Positions 11,616 through 28,805 of a stretch of DNA of 64,000 nt are shown piece by piece. Numbering within the stretch: position 1 is the stretch's first letter; every line of letters starts with the position of its first letter. This DNA comes from the human T2T-CHM13v2.0 reference genome, Homo sapiens. The stretch is from assembly GCF_009914755.1 (NCBI RefSeq), contig NC_060925.1; one strand, 5' to 3'. The notes beneath the pieces are model-generated. The model worked only from the letters and a program-made list of their open reading frames with translations, was not told where the DNA came from and made no database searches. The position numbers and the translations under genes were made by a program.

Positions 11616-12700
11616 GATCTGATAACCTAACAGTGTTAGAATGCATTTATTCAGAAAACATATTAGTCATTTGATCATTACAATTGCCTCGACCTAAAGC
11701 ATACATCGCAAACCCTGAGACCTGTCTGATGCAGCAGAAACTAAGTTTGGATACTAATCCTAGGAGACCTTGAAGCGAAGGCAACATTATGTCTAGGGTT
11801 TTTTTCCCCCCGCCCCCCACAGTGATACATACCTCAGAGTCAAGAGAAGAGATAATAAATCTAATTGATCGCCTTGCACGTTATCTTAACACAGAGTCAG
11901 GCACAAACTCTACTGCAATATTTAAATGAAAACCACACAGAGTCAACATGATGCCAGGGAAAAGAATACACTGATATTCTTAATTCTGAAAAACCGTATT
12001 GGTAATCAATTGGAATGCGAGAGCAATTGAAAAGCTGTCCAATTTTCAATTGCAGTATAAGTTGGGAAACAATTTGAAAATAATAGCTCATACAAAGAGT
12101 TTTCGAAGCAGTCAATATGGACTTCATGTGAAGGACAAATAGGAATTTGGCAACATATGCTACATTCAGCTACATGCATCAGACAGTATCTGTAGCACCC
12201 GCTGAAGGGTCCCTCTCATGGCAGAGTACGAAATCTTCCAGAATGTGGCTCTATTGAGACTCTGTTAAATGGCATCATCATGGAGGAAGCATTTCCAATG
12301 AATGAACAGGACTGTGGACATTCCTATTAATCTATACACATCACAAATGTATGTACATATGTGGTTTACTGAACTGATTCACTTTAGAGATGTTTATCTT
12401 TTGTGGCATAGCTATGCTATGAAACTGCTCATAAAATTGAAGATATTTCCTACCATTAACCTCAGACTCTGATCCATTGCTAGAATTCCTTTTTCCTTAC
12501 ACAAAAGCCTATATGGCTTGAGAAAACAAGACAGAACAAAAATCTGCAGGTTGTTATTTATTTATTTACATGAAGAAAACAAAGTTTTTTTTTTATCATA
12601 AACTATGAAAACACAAAAAGTTGATAAAACTCAATTATACATTTTGAGTTTCAGAGGATGGTATCTGTTTTTGAAAACTGGTAAGATCTGAGTGACCTAG

Positions 12701-13242
12701 GGTCAGAGGCGTTCGAACCAGAGTGACTCCATCTTGAGTGAGGGCTAGGAAAAATGAGGCTGGGGCTTGCAGGGCTGCATTCCCAGGAAGTTAGGTATTC
12801 CTAGCCTCTAGATGTTTACGGTTAAGGGAACATATTGATAACTTTTACTAAACAGACCCAGACTTAGAAGTGTCCTGATATCCCAATATCTTTGGAACAG
12901 AAGCATTCCTAATTTTGCTTTAAAGATAATAATATCAATTCTTGCAAAATACAGTAATTAAAAAAATGAATCCTTTATCACAAACCCCTGTAGCAGAAGC
13001 ACATCTCTCCGTGATCTTTTTTCATCCTATATATAAATAAGTATCGTACCTAGGGTGGATGCGTTCCTCCTCTTACTTTCGGGAATGCCCTACTCTGTCT
13101 ATGGAGTAGCTGTTCTTTCACCATTTTACTTTCTTAATAAACTTGCTTTTGCTTTGCCCTGTGGACTCGCCCTGAATTGTTTCTTGCATGAGATCCAAGA
13201 ACCATCTCTTGGGGTCTGGCTTGGGACCTCTTTCCAGTAAGA
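12701..13242 (+). mobile_element. MER41-family solo LTR (MER41C-like)
   Basis: (T>G)GTCAGAGGCGTTCGAACCAGAG start and TTTCCAGTAA(C>G)A end; AATAAA near 13136; 4-bp TSD CTAG (12697-12700, 13243-13246). Confidence 0.85.
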
Positions 13243-13369
13243 CTAGTACAAATTACATAGAGGACCCACCTCGCCTACTGCCCCCACCCTGCTTACTCTT
13301 CCCCTATTGGGATTCCTATTTGGTATTATAGTCCACGAGATATATAGTACAAATACTTATTACCATTAA

Positions 13370-13797
<428 letters not shown>

Positions 13798-16700
13798 AAA
13801 AAAATTTTTAAATATACCATATACTTTTTTTTGTTTGTTTCTTCTGTGTGTATTATTCCTTCCTAACTCTCTTTAGAGGCATATTCTTACAATGATCTTA
13901 ACAAGCAGACCAATATCCCTTTGGGATGATTTAAATGTAGTGTGCCTGAAGATGTCCCGGATGGCTTCTGAAACTCCCTTCCAATCCTAGGTTTGCCATA
14001 TTTGATAGAGACACATTTTCTGCGGGCCTCATTTACCTACCCACACAAACGAAGAGCAGACAGCTGTTTGCCCACACTGACTGCACTTGTACCCGCACAG
14101 ACATGCAAATTAGGTGATGCATACTTACTGCAGTTGTGTGTTTATTAAATTTACTCACTTCCTAATAGGCCTGCTTGACAGGGGCTGAAAGAAGACCTTT
14201 TAAATGTTGATCTAGAATGTAGGCAATAAATAAGGTGCTGTTTTGAAAAAGACACCTTGAAAAATCATTAATTCGGTGATTCCAGAGGCTGATTTTCTTA
14301 ATCTTTAATTTTAGTGGCTAAATAAATAAATTTTCCCCAAATGGTTAAAATGGGTTGAAGTTAAACAACTGTGAAATTTGTCACTGTAAATAGCATATTA
14401 CTTTCCTCTATGTGCCAAGTCATCTCCAATCACTGTTGAGTCACTTATTTCAAATTTGAGTTCCCCCTAAAAACAGATTTTCTTCTCCATTGATGATAAT
14501 GTTGCATGCTAAGAAGGAAAATGCCAAAAAGAATGAGTGTCACTTTCTTTAGAAAAGAGGTTCCTAACCCAAGGGCAAGGGGTCCTTGAGGACCCCTGAA
14601 GAGTTTCTGTCAGTCCATGTGCACCAGGCATTGCCTATAGACTGAAGACAAAAACACCTGTTTTCCATGTGTATGTAAAGATAGTGACTAATAACGCTTT
14701 CTAAAAATTCACTTAAAAGTACACATATTGTCCATGTGGAATCATACATTGTTTTCTATGTACTTCTCAAAGAGGCACTAAAATATAATTGCTGCCTTAT
14801 ACAGGTTATATAACTTTGAACACTTTTTATTTAAAGATTCCCAGCCTCCAATTGGATATGGTTATGAACTACTACTTTACATATGCTTTGCTTCGCTCTT
14901 GTTACCAAAAAAGAATAAATACAAGAACAAAAATCTATAATGCCTTAAAAGTCCCAAAACTCATCCTAAAATAGGAATAATCACATTACTTTCATGTCTT
15001 AGAATTCCTATTTCCTTCTAAACAGCAAACCTCAAGATCCCCATGAAGATAAAAACCCACCTAAGTAAGGCACCCCAATCACAGATCCAATAAGTACATG
15101 AAGGTCTGCATATGGCGCTTGTGAATATGTTGACTTCTTTAATTTTGTTTGGGGGGAGGGGATGGGCAGGGGAAGGCCTTGGAGGCAAATTTACCATAGA
15201 GTGTGCAACTTAGAAAAGTTAAACCTAACCCACTTTTTTAGCAACAGAAATCAAATTGTTTTTTCCTGTTGGCATTATTTTACTGGAAGAATGTAGGCTG
15301 ACTTCATAATAATCTTGTTTTCAAAGCCAGGATATGACATTTTTAGTCACCTCTTCTTTTGACTCTACACAGGATGGCATTAAAATCATTCTGGACCAAA
15401 ATATATCATCTCTCTTCTATTTTCAAAGATCTCCAGGGAAAACAGTTTCAGACTTTTTCAAGTTATAAATTTCAGTATAATCTTCCCTGTCCAGGCCATC
15501 TTCAGAATTTCTAACCTCAATCCCCTTCATGCATTTTAAACTTGCCCACTCGTTTTCCTCTCTTGGTGGTGGAAATTAGAAATATATGATCACATTTTTA
15601 ATCTCTTATAACTTCTTATATCCCAGCATATTAATCACAAATCACTTCACCAAGCTGGGAAACTCAGACTTCTTAAATTTTGCCTTATGCCTAATTTTAA
15701 CACCTTTTAAGTGTCTGTGACCCTCCTAAGAATTACTTATCGTTTTAGTGTATCCATAGGTAAAGGCCTTGACACTAAGTTTTGATCATTGTCAATATAA
15801 TGAGAGGTTTACTGAATTATTTCTTTGGTTTCTTGTCCTATTTGTGTTACAAGATCATGGTCTTGTAAAAGATACCGCAGAGCTGAATTAGATTCAACTT
15901 GTGAAACACTGTGAAAATTGCATCCTTTTCTGCAGTATTCCTGCATATCTACTCATTTCTCAAGCTAAGATTTTATTTTCCCAGAATCATCCATTATGAA
16001 ATTAACAACCCTTTGGATGAAGGTGTTTTCTGTCACACTAGATGGAAATGCAGCCTGTCTTACTAAAAATAAATGCATTATGTACATTCCAAACAATTTT
16101 TTTTTCTCTTCGTCATTATTTTCAATGAAGATCTCATTAATATTCTTAGCAGTTTGGTGCTTTTTAGGGGCTCACCTTAAAAATTTTTTCTACTCATATC
16201 AATATAATTAAAGAAATTTATGAGAATAGTAAGTAGTGCCCCATAACAAGTATTAATAGTTGGAGGTACAGGAGATATACTTTCAGTCCCTAGGATCTTA
16301 GTGGTCATGGTACCTAAAACTTTAATTTTGATTCTAATCCTAACTTATCAGGATTTCAAGTTTCACATTTTTATTATCAGAGCAAAGTATTGGACTGGTC
16401 AGCATTCCAAGAGATTATTCTCTCGTTTGCTGATAACCAAGAACCTGAAAGCTCTTCTTGGCTTTGCAACTCTGAGGAACAACCTAAGAAACTCAAGAAG
16501 CAGCCATGAGCAAATTTTCCTATTTTTTGAATTCCTGTTGCATTTTATTATTCATGGTATAAGGTATATCACTTAATTGTGTATTCTAACATTTTATCCA
16601 GTTTCTTCTTGTGTGTTAGTTTTCCCTCCCCAGTAGGATTTTAAAATATATTCATCATTAAATGATTATTTTATTAAATAGATGATGAATACCATTAAAC

Positions 16701-16880
16701 CCTTAATAGATGAAGGGAAAGATGGGTACTAACATAAATCATTTGTTCTTAGTAAATGTTTTTTCCATGCAGGCTTTTTATTGTTATATCACTTGGCTAG
16801 GTCTCTCTACCTCCAAGCGGCCATGTACTAAAAAATTGAGAACTAATTTTAAAGTTTGCCTACATAAAAAGGGGAACTAG

Positions 16881-17333
<453 letters not shown>

Positions 17334-20300
17334 TGATTTCTGGGTATTCCCTTAGTTTGCATGTCTGTGCTAAACCTCATCTCCATTAAAACACATCATT
17401 GACAATTTGCTGTATTTTTCCTCCATACCGAGTCTTTACCTGAGGTAATTGTTCAAAGAGATTAAGCCATAAAAGACCTTTTGGAGGAAGATGACTTGTT
17501 GGTTTTCATTTTTAAAATCGACATAATAGTTTTACCAAATAGTTGTGCATCTTCCCATTTCCTCTTCGTGATGAACCAGGGGCTTCATGGAGCTGCAGGG
17601 TGTTCCCCCATGCAGCTGCTTAAGAAATAACCAGCAATCAACATCCCCACAGCATCAAGGAAATAGCAGTGTTGAAATGGAATGTAGAGTTAAATAAAAC
17701 TCTTGCTCCAGATTTCTTTAATGAAAGAACCTATTTTTTCCTTGGAGTAGCTCTGAAACAAGGTTCATTCTCCAGGCAAGAATGGCTGTGCTTTGTTAGT
17801 TGATTGCTTGTGACATAATTAGCTGACAATCTGGCACCAGAATATTATGTGAGAATAGGACAACAATGCAGGGGAGTGTGGTAAGGTTAAATAATTTGGA
17901 AGCCTTTCAACATTGAAGAAAACCCTGAAAAAATAGATCATACCCTGGTGTTGATCTTTTAAGCTAGAATCAATTTGAGTCATATGATAGCTATAGAAGA
18001 AACGAACAGTGCCAATTTGCTATAGGTTTGGAAATATTTACCATAGGAAATGCAAAAGCTCCAATTTAATATTCCTGTGCCTTCATTTGTAGCGCAGAGA
18101 AGTGTCTGAACAAGTGGTTAAGTTCAGTGATTACAGGATTAGGGACCTGGTGTTTAAAACTCAAAACACTGATAACCACAGCATGTCTGTAAACTTAATG
18201 CTACTCCCTGAAAAAGTTTAGGTTATTTTTCTCTCCATGACTTTATCTTTGCATGTCTTTTGTGGGGGATAGATTACTAAAACTCTAAAATCTATGATGC
18301 AAACATAAAAACTGAAGAGGGATATGAAAAAACAAGAGTGTTGAACCTATAACCCTGATTATCACTACTAGGTAGAAGCAGAAAAAAATATCTTTTTAGG
18401 AGGAAAAAAAAAAAAACTTAGCTGCATGTCTTTAGTCAGTTTGTTATGGCATTAAAAGTGAAGTCTGAATTTCTCTTTGAAAGGCAATATACTGTTCAAT
18501 TGCTGCCATCTTATGTCTCAATCAATAGCTGATCTTTTCATTCTTTTCTCTCCTTTTCTTTTCCAGGGTGGAGTTTGGTTCGCGGCTGTTTTGCCACCTT
18601 TTTCTCCTTCTGGGCTGTCAGATTTCTAAAAAGACCTGGAGGGAGAAAGCCTGAAGAACTTGTTAGTCCACAGCTGCCTCTCTGTCGAGGACGGTGGGTT
18701 TGATTAAAGGGGAGCACCCCCCTGGCTTTCACAGATCGCATCAATCACGTTGATCAGCCCCCGAAAGGCAACATATTGTCTGGGACTCGGCCAAGGAGGG
18801 ATATCAATTTCACAATTGCACTTATGTCTTTCAGCCAAGAACCAGTTTATTTTTGGCTACTGAAGTCTGAGATTCACTTTGGAAGCAGCATTTATATTTT
18901 CACGCTTTATGCCAGCCTCTCAGCGATAACTTTCCCTTTAGTCAAATAGAAGCATCTTTACATAGCAAATTTGCTCTGTCTCACTAGAGCTTGGAGTTAC
19001 ACATTTCTCCTTTAAGAATCATGTTTTATATTTTGCCAGAGTTTTGAAGGTTTTTTTTTCTTTTCTATTATTAATTCATACTTCTATAAAGAGAGAGTTC
19101 TTGATAGAAGGGGTCGCCTTGCAAACAAAGCCCTCAGAAAACAGAACTGTCAGAACCAGCAATATTTTTTAAGAAAAGTTAAAGGAAAACAAGTGCAATG
19201 CTTAAACCTTCAGTTTCTGATGTGTGCTCATAGTAATAATAATGACACTTATCAGTAACACTGTAAGAAAGTCAAGTCCAATAGTTACATCCATTTTAAG
19301 TGGTTTTTAGTATTATATTTTGCAAATTGTGGAGAAACTTTTATATACTATGGCTTAGAACTCCATCAAAATTTGTTGTAGTTTGCACACATAAAATTCT
19401 GACCCATGATTACTCTGTATTATTTCTTCACCTTTAAAATATGTACTGTTTTAAAACCACCTATCATGGTTGCTTTTCTATTTCCCAATTTCTCATTCTG
19501 GACCTTACTGTTCCTGTCTGAAATTCTGGCTTATTTAAGGAATAAGATGCTTAACAGGAAATATATTACAATGAAAATTAGATTAATCATTAAAACAAAT
19601 ATTCGCTGAGAAAAGACATTTAAAACATATCTTTTAGAGTTCATCAATAAAAAATACATCTTCCAACTACTGTAAATATCTTGCAAAACATTTTAGTTAA
19701 TGAATTAGAGCTGATAATGAAAGTATATTATCTGGCTATTTTTCTTTTGTAAGTTATGAAATGAATTACAGAATTAAATTCACTGACTTTTTAAAATAAG
19801 TCCCCAGTTGGTTTTAATTATTCCAAAATTTTAAAAACAATGTAAAAATTGAAAAGCCAAATAGTGTTAAATCCTCTTTTAGAAACAACATCACTGTAGG
19901 CTTAATGGTTGGTAACTATAGCCTCTGTAAACTTCCTTAATAATAAATGATTAAATACCTATTTATTACGTTTATTATTTCTGAGTTACATTTATTCAAA
20001 TTAATGTAAACCTACTAGAAGATACTTTTCTTTTAATTCTAAATCTTAACAGGTAGATTTTAACATCAGTTTCAAACACTAAATTTAATACGTCATTTGA
20101 AGATTTTTTCTCAAATATAACAGGTCTCAACTAGAACTGTTTAGGAAATACTGTTTGATCATGTTATTTTCCTCTGAATCATCAGTAGTAGGAGAAACTT
20201 TTTTAAAAATTATTTTCTCAGACAGCAAACCATAAAAAGCCATCGTCACAATGTGTCCCTGAAAATTAACTCGAGATCTCAGCTTTAGTGTGATTATATT

Positions 20301-23300
20301 ACAGGCATTTGGAACTGTAATGAATGCTGAAACCTTATTGTGTTTAAATGAGGTAAGATATGTTAACTAACATCAGCAATAACTATCTTTGAAATGTTCT
20401 GCTAGATTCTTTAATTACATTTAAATGCCTTCCTTAAATTATTTTAAAATAATTCCTTTTTGGGTTCTGGAAATATAAATGGCTCTTTCGCAACCTGTGT
20501 TTACAATTTAACCTTTACATCTATAAATGATCTTGTTTAATTTTTTTGGCATAAGAACTATTTGATCTGCTATTTCTTTTCTGTTGATAGAAAGTACCTG
20601 TACTGCAAAATCGAATTTTAATTTTAATATTTGTTATTTCTCCACAGTAGAGTCCTGTGTAGTAAAGTTCATCTTGGAGGGCAAAAATGCTAATTAACAC
20701 TTTCCTATTAACCAGTACTCTCATAAAAATTTTTATTTTTTAACCCCATGCCTTAAATCTATTTAAAAAAATGACAGTGATATCTTTCACCCAATTACGT
20801 ATAGAAGAAAGACAAACAATTAATGTCTGTCTGGTGGCATTATTTGTCATAGTGAGATGTGCTTGAAGTAACACAATGTGTCACATTTCTCTGAAATTTG
20901 GATTTTCATAAAGTAACTCTTTTAATGTAGTTTTGATGAATTGCATTCTTAACATTCTTATTCTTAATTTAAAAGTGTTTGTTTCTTTCTAAATCATGTA
21001 TTAAATCTCAGAATAGGAAGTAACATTAAAAAATGGAGGAAAGCTATTATTTGCCTAAATGAATCTCATAACCTGTGATAATTTATCATTAATTTAACTG
21101 AGTTCCTTGACTTTCTTCATCTTGATTTTGCTGTTAGATATCTACTACTTCAATACATAGCCAATATTATCATGCACTGAACTAAGTCAGCAGTTTTGAC
21201 ATCTTCATTTCAATGTCCTTTTCTGTACCTTCAGCAATGTTAATGTTACAAATTATAGGAGGGCATATTAATAGCCATACCCAAGAAGCAGAAAGAAAAG
21301 TGCATTTTTTTAAACTAAGTACTAACTTGGGATTTCCCGGGCCCATTGTCAAGTCAGCTGAACCCACAGCTCCTCCATTGTGATGATAATGGATTCCGTG
21401 TTGTTGGCGCAAAGGTCGCGAGGTCACCGTAAGCTCCTTAATGGACTGTGAAATAACTTTAACTGCATTAACCTCTCTGGATCACATGGGTGGCACCAAC
21501 AGCCACTCCTGAAATTCTCATTCTCTTATAGAGACAATACCATTAGATTATTATATTTTCCATTTGGAATGGCAATAGGCTCAAAGCAATTATGCAGCTA
21601 AGCATTTCCATTAAGTGAATAGGACCTTAAAAAAGATTAACTAGAACATCTCTTTCATACAATATGTGGGCGTGGGGTCGGATACTCCAAAAATTTCACC
21701 AGATTTTCAAATGCCTTAAATTCAGTGTCTACTACACTAGGTTTTAAGCTGTCATTGGGTGAAAGGAAAACACCTTGTACATATCACTCTTTTCAAGCTA
21801 GGCAGTACATTTAGAGGATAAAAGTCTTTCCCATCTATTGGTTTTCTAAATGAAATCAGCTGTGAAACCAAGAGAGCTGTGAGAACCAAGAACTTAGGGC
21901 AGAGAAAAGTACATTGGAAGCCACATCTATCTTTCCCTGACTTGTAAGGACCCCCTCCCTATTGCAGAGATACTATTTTCCACAGGAATTTAAATGCTCT
22001 TGTTCTCATTTCTGCCTGCTGGTTATTGTGTTTAAAAGACCAAAATTATTTCCTTTGAAACTGCACAAAGCTGGGAAGCCCTTATTATCTGAAGGACAAG
22101 AATAATTGCAATTGGTTTACATAGATATAATCAGACATCTATTTACCCACAAGTTAAGCCCTGTTGGATAAGTATCCAAGTGAGATTTAAAGAGTACTAT
22201 GGTCATCAGTATTATCATTAAAGTACCTCATTGTCATCCTGATATGACATAACAGAAAAAACACACCACATTAAACACATGTTTAAAATGTTATTTGATT
22301 TTTAGTGGGATATCATGAGCTGAAAAGTGCAAACAGATAGACTCTATTTCTTTGCTTCTAGAATGCATATTTTAATGTTTTGAAAATTAGGATCCAATTT
22401 GCAATCAATTTTTATATTTAGCATAATACTTTTATGAATTCTAGAAAATATAATTGTAGGTGCCTTAGAAATGTAGTGCACTAATGAAAGACAGAAACAT
22501 CCTTTCTTTAATCCTGATCTCTGTGTGTGCTTTAACCTTGGAAAAACTGTTTTTTGAGGATTTGTTGGGAGTTGATTATTGCTGTTTTCTAGAAATGAGA
22601 AGAAGCATGTGAGCTTGGCAGCTTGGCCCTTGGAGTATAAAACAGCATCATCTATGTTGTTCAAGACTTCCGATCGAATTACACTTCTGCTAAAGCCAAA
22701 TACATCAAAATCTACTATTTGATTACAGTAGCTATTGTTATTTTAAAATATTTTTTAAAAGATGTAGCCTCTTTCCCTGAGAGTTGCTTTGCTTTATTTG
22801 GCCAAAGCTATTATGATCACCATTGTCACCCACCAAATGGATCGGTCAGCTTACTATCTACTCATTCAAAAAGCAATTATTGCACACTTTCTGTATGCCA
22901 AGCACTTTCAATATGCAGACATTCCGGTAATGGGGACTGGCAAGTAAATCAGCAAGTATTATGACTGAGGCCTGTGCAGGGCATGTGGGAACTCAGAGAA
23001 AGGCATCCATCATGTTATTTTCTAGCAGATAAAGTAAAATCATGTTTCATGTTTCTGTATCCCACTTCTTGCTTAAGCTCGCAATAAAACCACTACTCAG
23101 GAGGCTTGGAGCCATATTTCCTGAACATGACATGCCTACTTTGCTCCCCTTCTAAGTTCCTGAGATGGCTCTCCCAACCTGCCACTTGATGGTAGTCTGA
23201 TGCTCTTCTGTATGGACAGCCTACAAATGTGCCCAAGATACCAGACATGACATGTGAGTTGCCTGCATGTCTCAGGACCCATTGTCTAATCAATTAATTA

Positions 23301-23569
23301 GTCTACAAATATATACAGAGCACCTAGTATGTAACAGCAAGGAGCTGGTTGGGCTTTTTCACTCAAATGTATGTTTGGAGTTTGGACTGATGAGGATGTA
23401 GTAAACTATCATATGATGAGTGAGTAAAGGAAGCCAAGTATTTTCAATATTGGTCAGCAGTCAGCCAACAAATAGTACTAACGCACTGTGATAAATATGA
23501 AATGCCGAACCCTCAGTGTGATGCCTGCATTTCTGTTGCACTCCTTATGCTGTCAAGAATACAAACACA

Positions 23570-26418
<2,849 letters not shown>

Positions 26419-27539
26419 AACAGAAGATAACTCAATATTGTGTATTTTAAGACATGTACTCTGGAATTACCTAATTGCCCTTCAGAAATGTGAAATTATT
26501 TTCTAGCAACAAATGTGCAAGATAAAGAATTTGTTGGTCTCAGAATTATACCTTAGGAATCAGATTGAGGTGGGAGTTAAAATATTTGGCAGCAGGTCTT
26601 TGAGGTGCTAAGCAACTTGAGGTTTTATGTGCAAAAAGTTTAGGTCAGATTAACTTCTGCTCTTATATCTAGGTTTGCTCATGCAAGACTAGGAACCTGA
26701 GATATTCAATCCTAAAAATTAAACATATTTCAGTGCCATTCTCCTGAATATCATTGTTTGAGAGCAGCTGTTGCCTCAGTTTTGCTCTTTTTCTCTTGTA
26801 AGTTGGACATTAGCATAATTCTTGTTCCCATATGGTATTTTGCAGTTCCCAAGGTTTGTACATGCTTCTCTTTTCTCTGGAGTTTTTAAATAACAGCTGA
26901 TTTTCTCTATATTAGATGCAAGTGACATATCACTTCGAAAGCCAGAAATAATATTAGTTTTAATATTCTAAAATGGAGCAATATTTAACAAGTAAGTGAA
27001 TAATCACTTCAGGATAAATACAGCCATCATGCTCAAAAAGAGACCCTGAGATCCATTTCTTGTCCTTGCAGAGAAGAGAGATAATGGGTGAATGTGTCTT
27101 TATGTAAGTGTCCTCACTGAAGTTTATTTGCTTCAGGTCTTAAGGTGGCAAAGCATTTTGCAATGAAGGCACTTGCAGCTTTACATTGTTCTGTCTGAGG
27201 AGCTTTACCTTTACAGGTCTTGCTCCCATTAGTACCCATTGAATGATGGATTTTTTATCCGCATAGGCATTTTTCATATATCAGAAGACAATTTTAAAAA
27301 GCTGGAAGATACCTATATTAATTTCACACTCTTCAAGGACATTTGAAAACTCCCTAGAGGGCTGTTTCCTTTTCTGACCTCAATGTACATGGTCTAAGAA
27401 AATATTGAGCACTTACAGAGTGCTTGCCCCTTCATCTTTAGAAAGGAATGATTCTGAAAATCCTGTGGAATGTTTCACTGAAATTGGCCTGGTGATGAAT
27501 GTTTTAAGAGAAGCACAACATCAAGACTCAGTTATATGG

Positions 27540-28440
27540 CCAAGTGGCTCAGTCACGCAACCATTTCTGCATCAGATGCCTACCACATGCAGGGCACTGA
27601 GCTAACTATAGTGAGAGAGCTACAGGAATATACAAGAGTGAGGGAGATGACAGGCATACATAGCCATAATATTGGGCTATATGGAATGAAAGTCTTGAAA
27701 ATGTACAAAATAAGAGCAGTAGAAACAAATTCCTGTGGGAATTCAGAGTGAGAAGAAATCATGAGATCAAGAAATCAATTATCTCCAGGGAGGTGGTAGT
27801 ATTCAAGATGGAGCTTGAAGATGGATTGTATTTCAACAAGGTAAAGGGGTGGTGGGCACATTAAAGAAAAAAGTAAATGATGAACAAAGAGACACAAAGT
27901 TTGGGATGTTTTAAGGAAAGATGAATAATTATGTTTGGCTGTGCCATAGAAAATTAATAAGATAGAAGTCTGGAAAGTAAGTTGAAGATAGATCATGAAT
28001 AAGATAATGCCAATGAAAGGAAATTGGATTTTACAAAGACTATGTCAATTAACAGACTATTGCAATTAGTCCAGACAAGTGTTAGTGAGAGTTTTCTAGA
28101 TATAAACTGACATTTTAGCAGCAGAATACATAGGAGTTGGAGATTGACTGGATATAGAGTAAGAAAAAGCAAGGAAAGAGTCAAAGATCACACCTAAGTA
28201 GCAAGGTTAGGATGTGTAATAGAAATAGAACACATTAACCAAAAAAAAAAAAAAAAAAAAAGCCAAGTTTGAGGAGAAGAAAGACTATGGGTTAGGTTTG
28301 TGAAAATGAGATTGAAGATTTCAGCCTCTCCAAAAGGACATCTCAAGTGGAAGTGTGAAATCAGAGTTTGAAGAGAGGATGGGACTACAGATTATAGATT
28401 TAGTGTTTACATACATATCTATGACGGTTTACAGTTTCTA
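27540..28440 (-). repeat. Degenerate L2 LINE
   Basis: Antisense L2 3' end (GCCTACCACATGCAGGGCACTG) followed by a purine-rich L2-like body. Confidence 0.55.
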
Positions 28441-28805
28441 GTACTGATAAATTACATGTAAAATGAATGAATTACATGTAAAATGAAATAATTTAAGAAA
28501 TGGTGCTAGGAAATAAAAGGGATCACTAAAGAAAAAAATATAGGTGAAAAAAAAAAAAAACAGAGACAAGCCGTGGATATGATTAAGAACATCCAAATTT
28601 CTAAGTCAGGGAAGAAGAGGAGTCAGAGATCCAGACAAAGTGGCATTGAAGAGGTAAGATGGAAAGTGGAAGAGAATTTCAAAGAAGAGAAGTTAAATAG
28701 GAGACATGGAGGAGCAATGATGATGGATGCATAGCTAGTGATTTGATGGTGAGGAAGCTGCTTGGAGCAAAATCAGCAAATAACAAATTGAATGTATAAT
28801 AATAC

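Noticed and set aside
11833-11913. Possible minus-strand exon (TTGCAG acceptor, GAG|GTATGT donor)
   Set aside because: It has stops in all three frames and a weak pyrimidine tract, so it cannot be supported from sequence alone.
14578-14597. 9-bp perfect inverted repeat AGGGGTCCT-TG-AGGACCCCT
   Set aside because: Short, and similar to subterminal palindromes of old hAT MITE relics; no support for an RNA gene.
28450-28488. 20-bp tandem duplication AATTACATGTAAAATGAA
   Set aside because: An ordinary slippage duplication.
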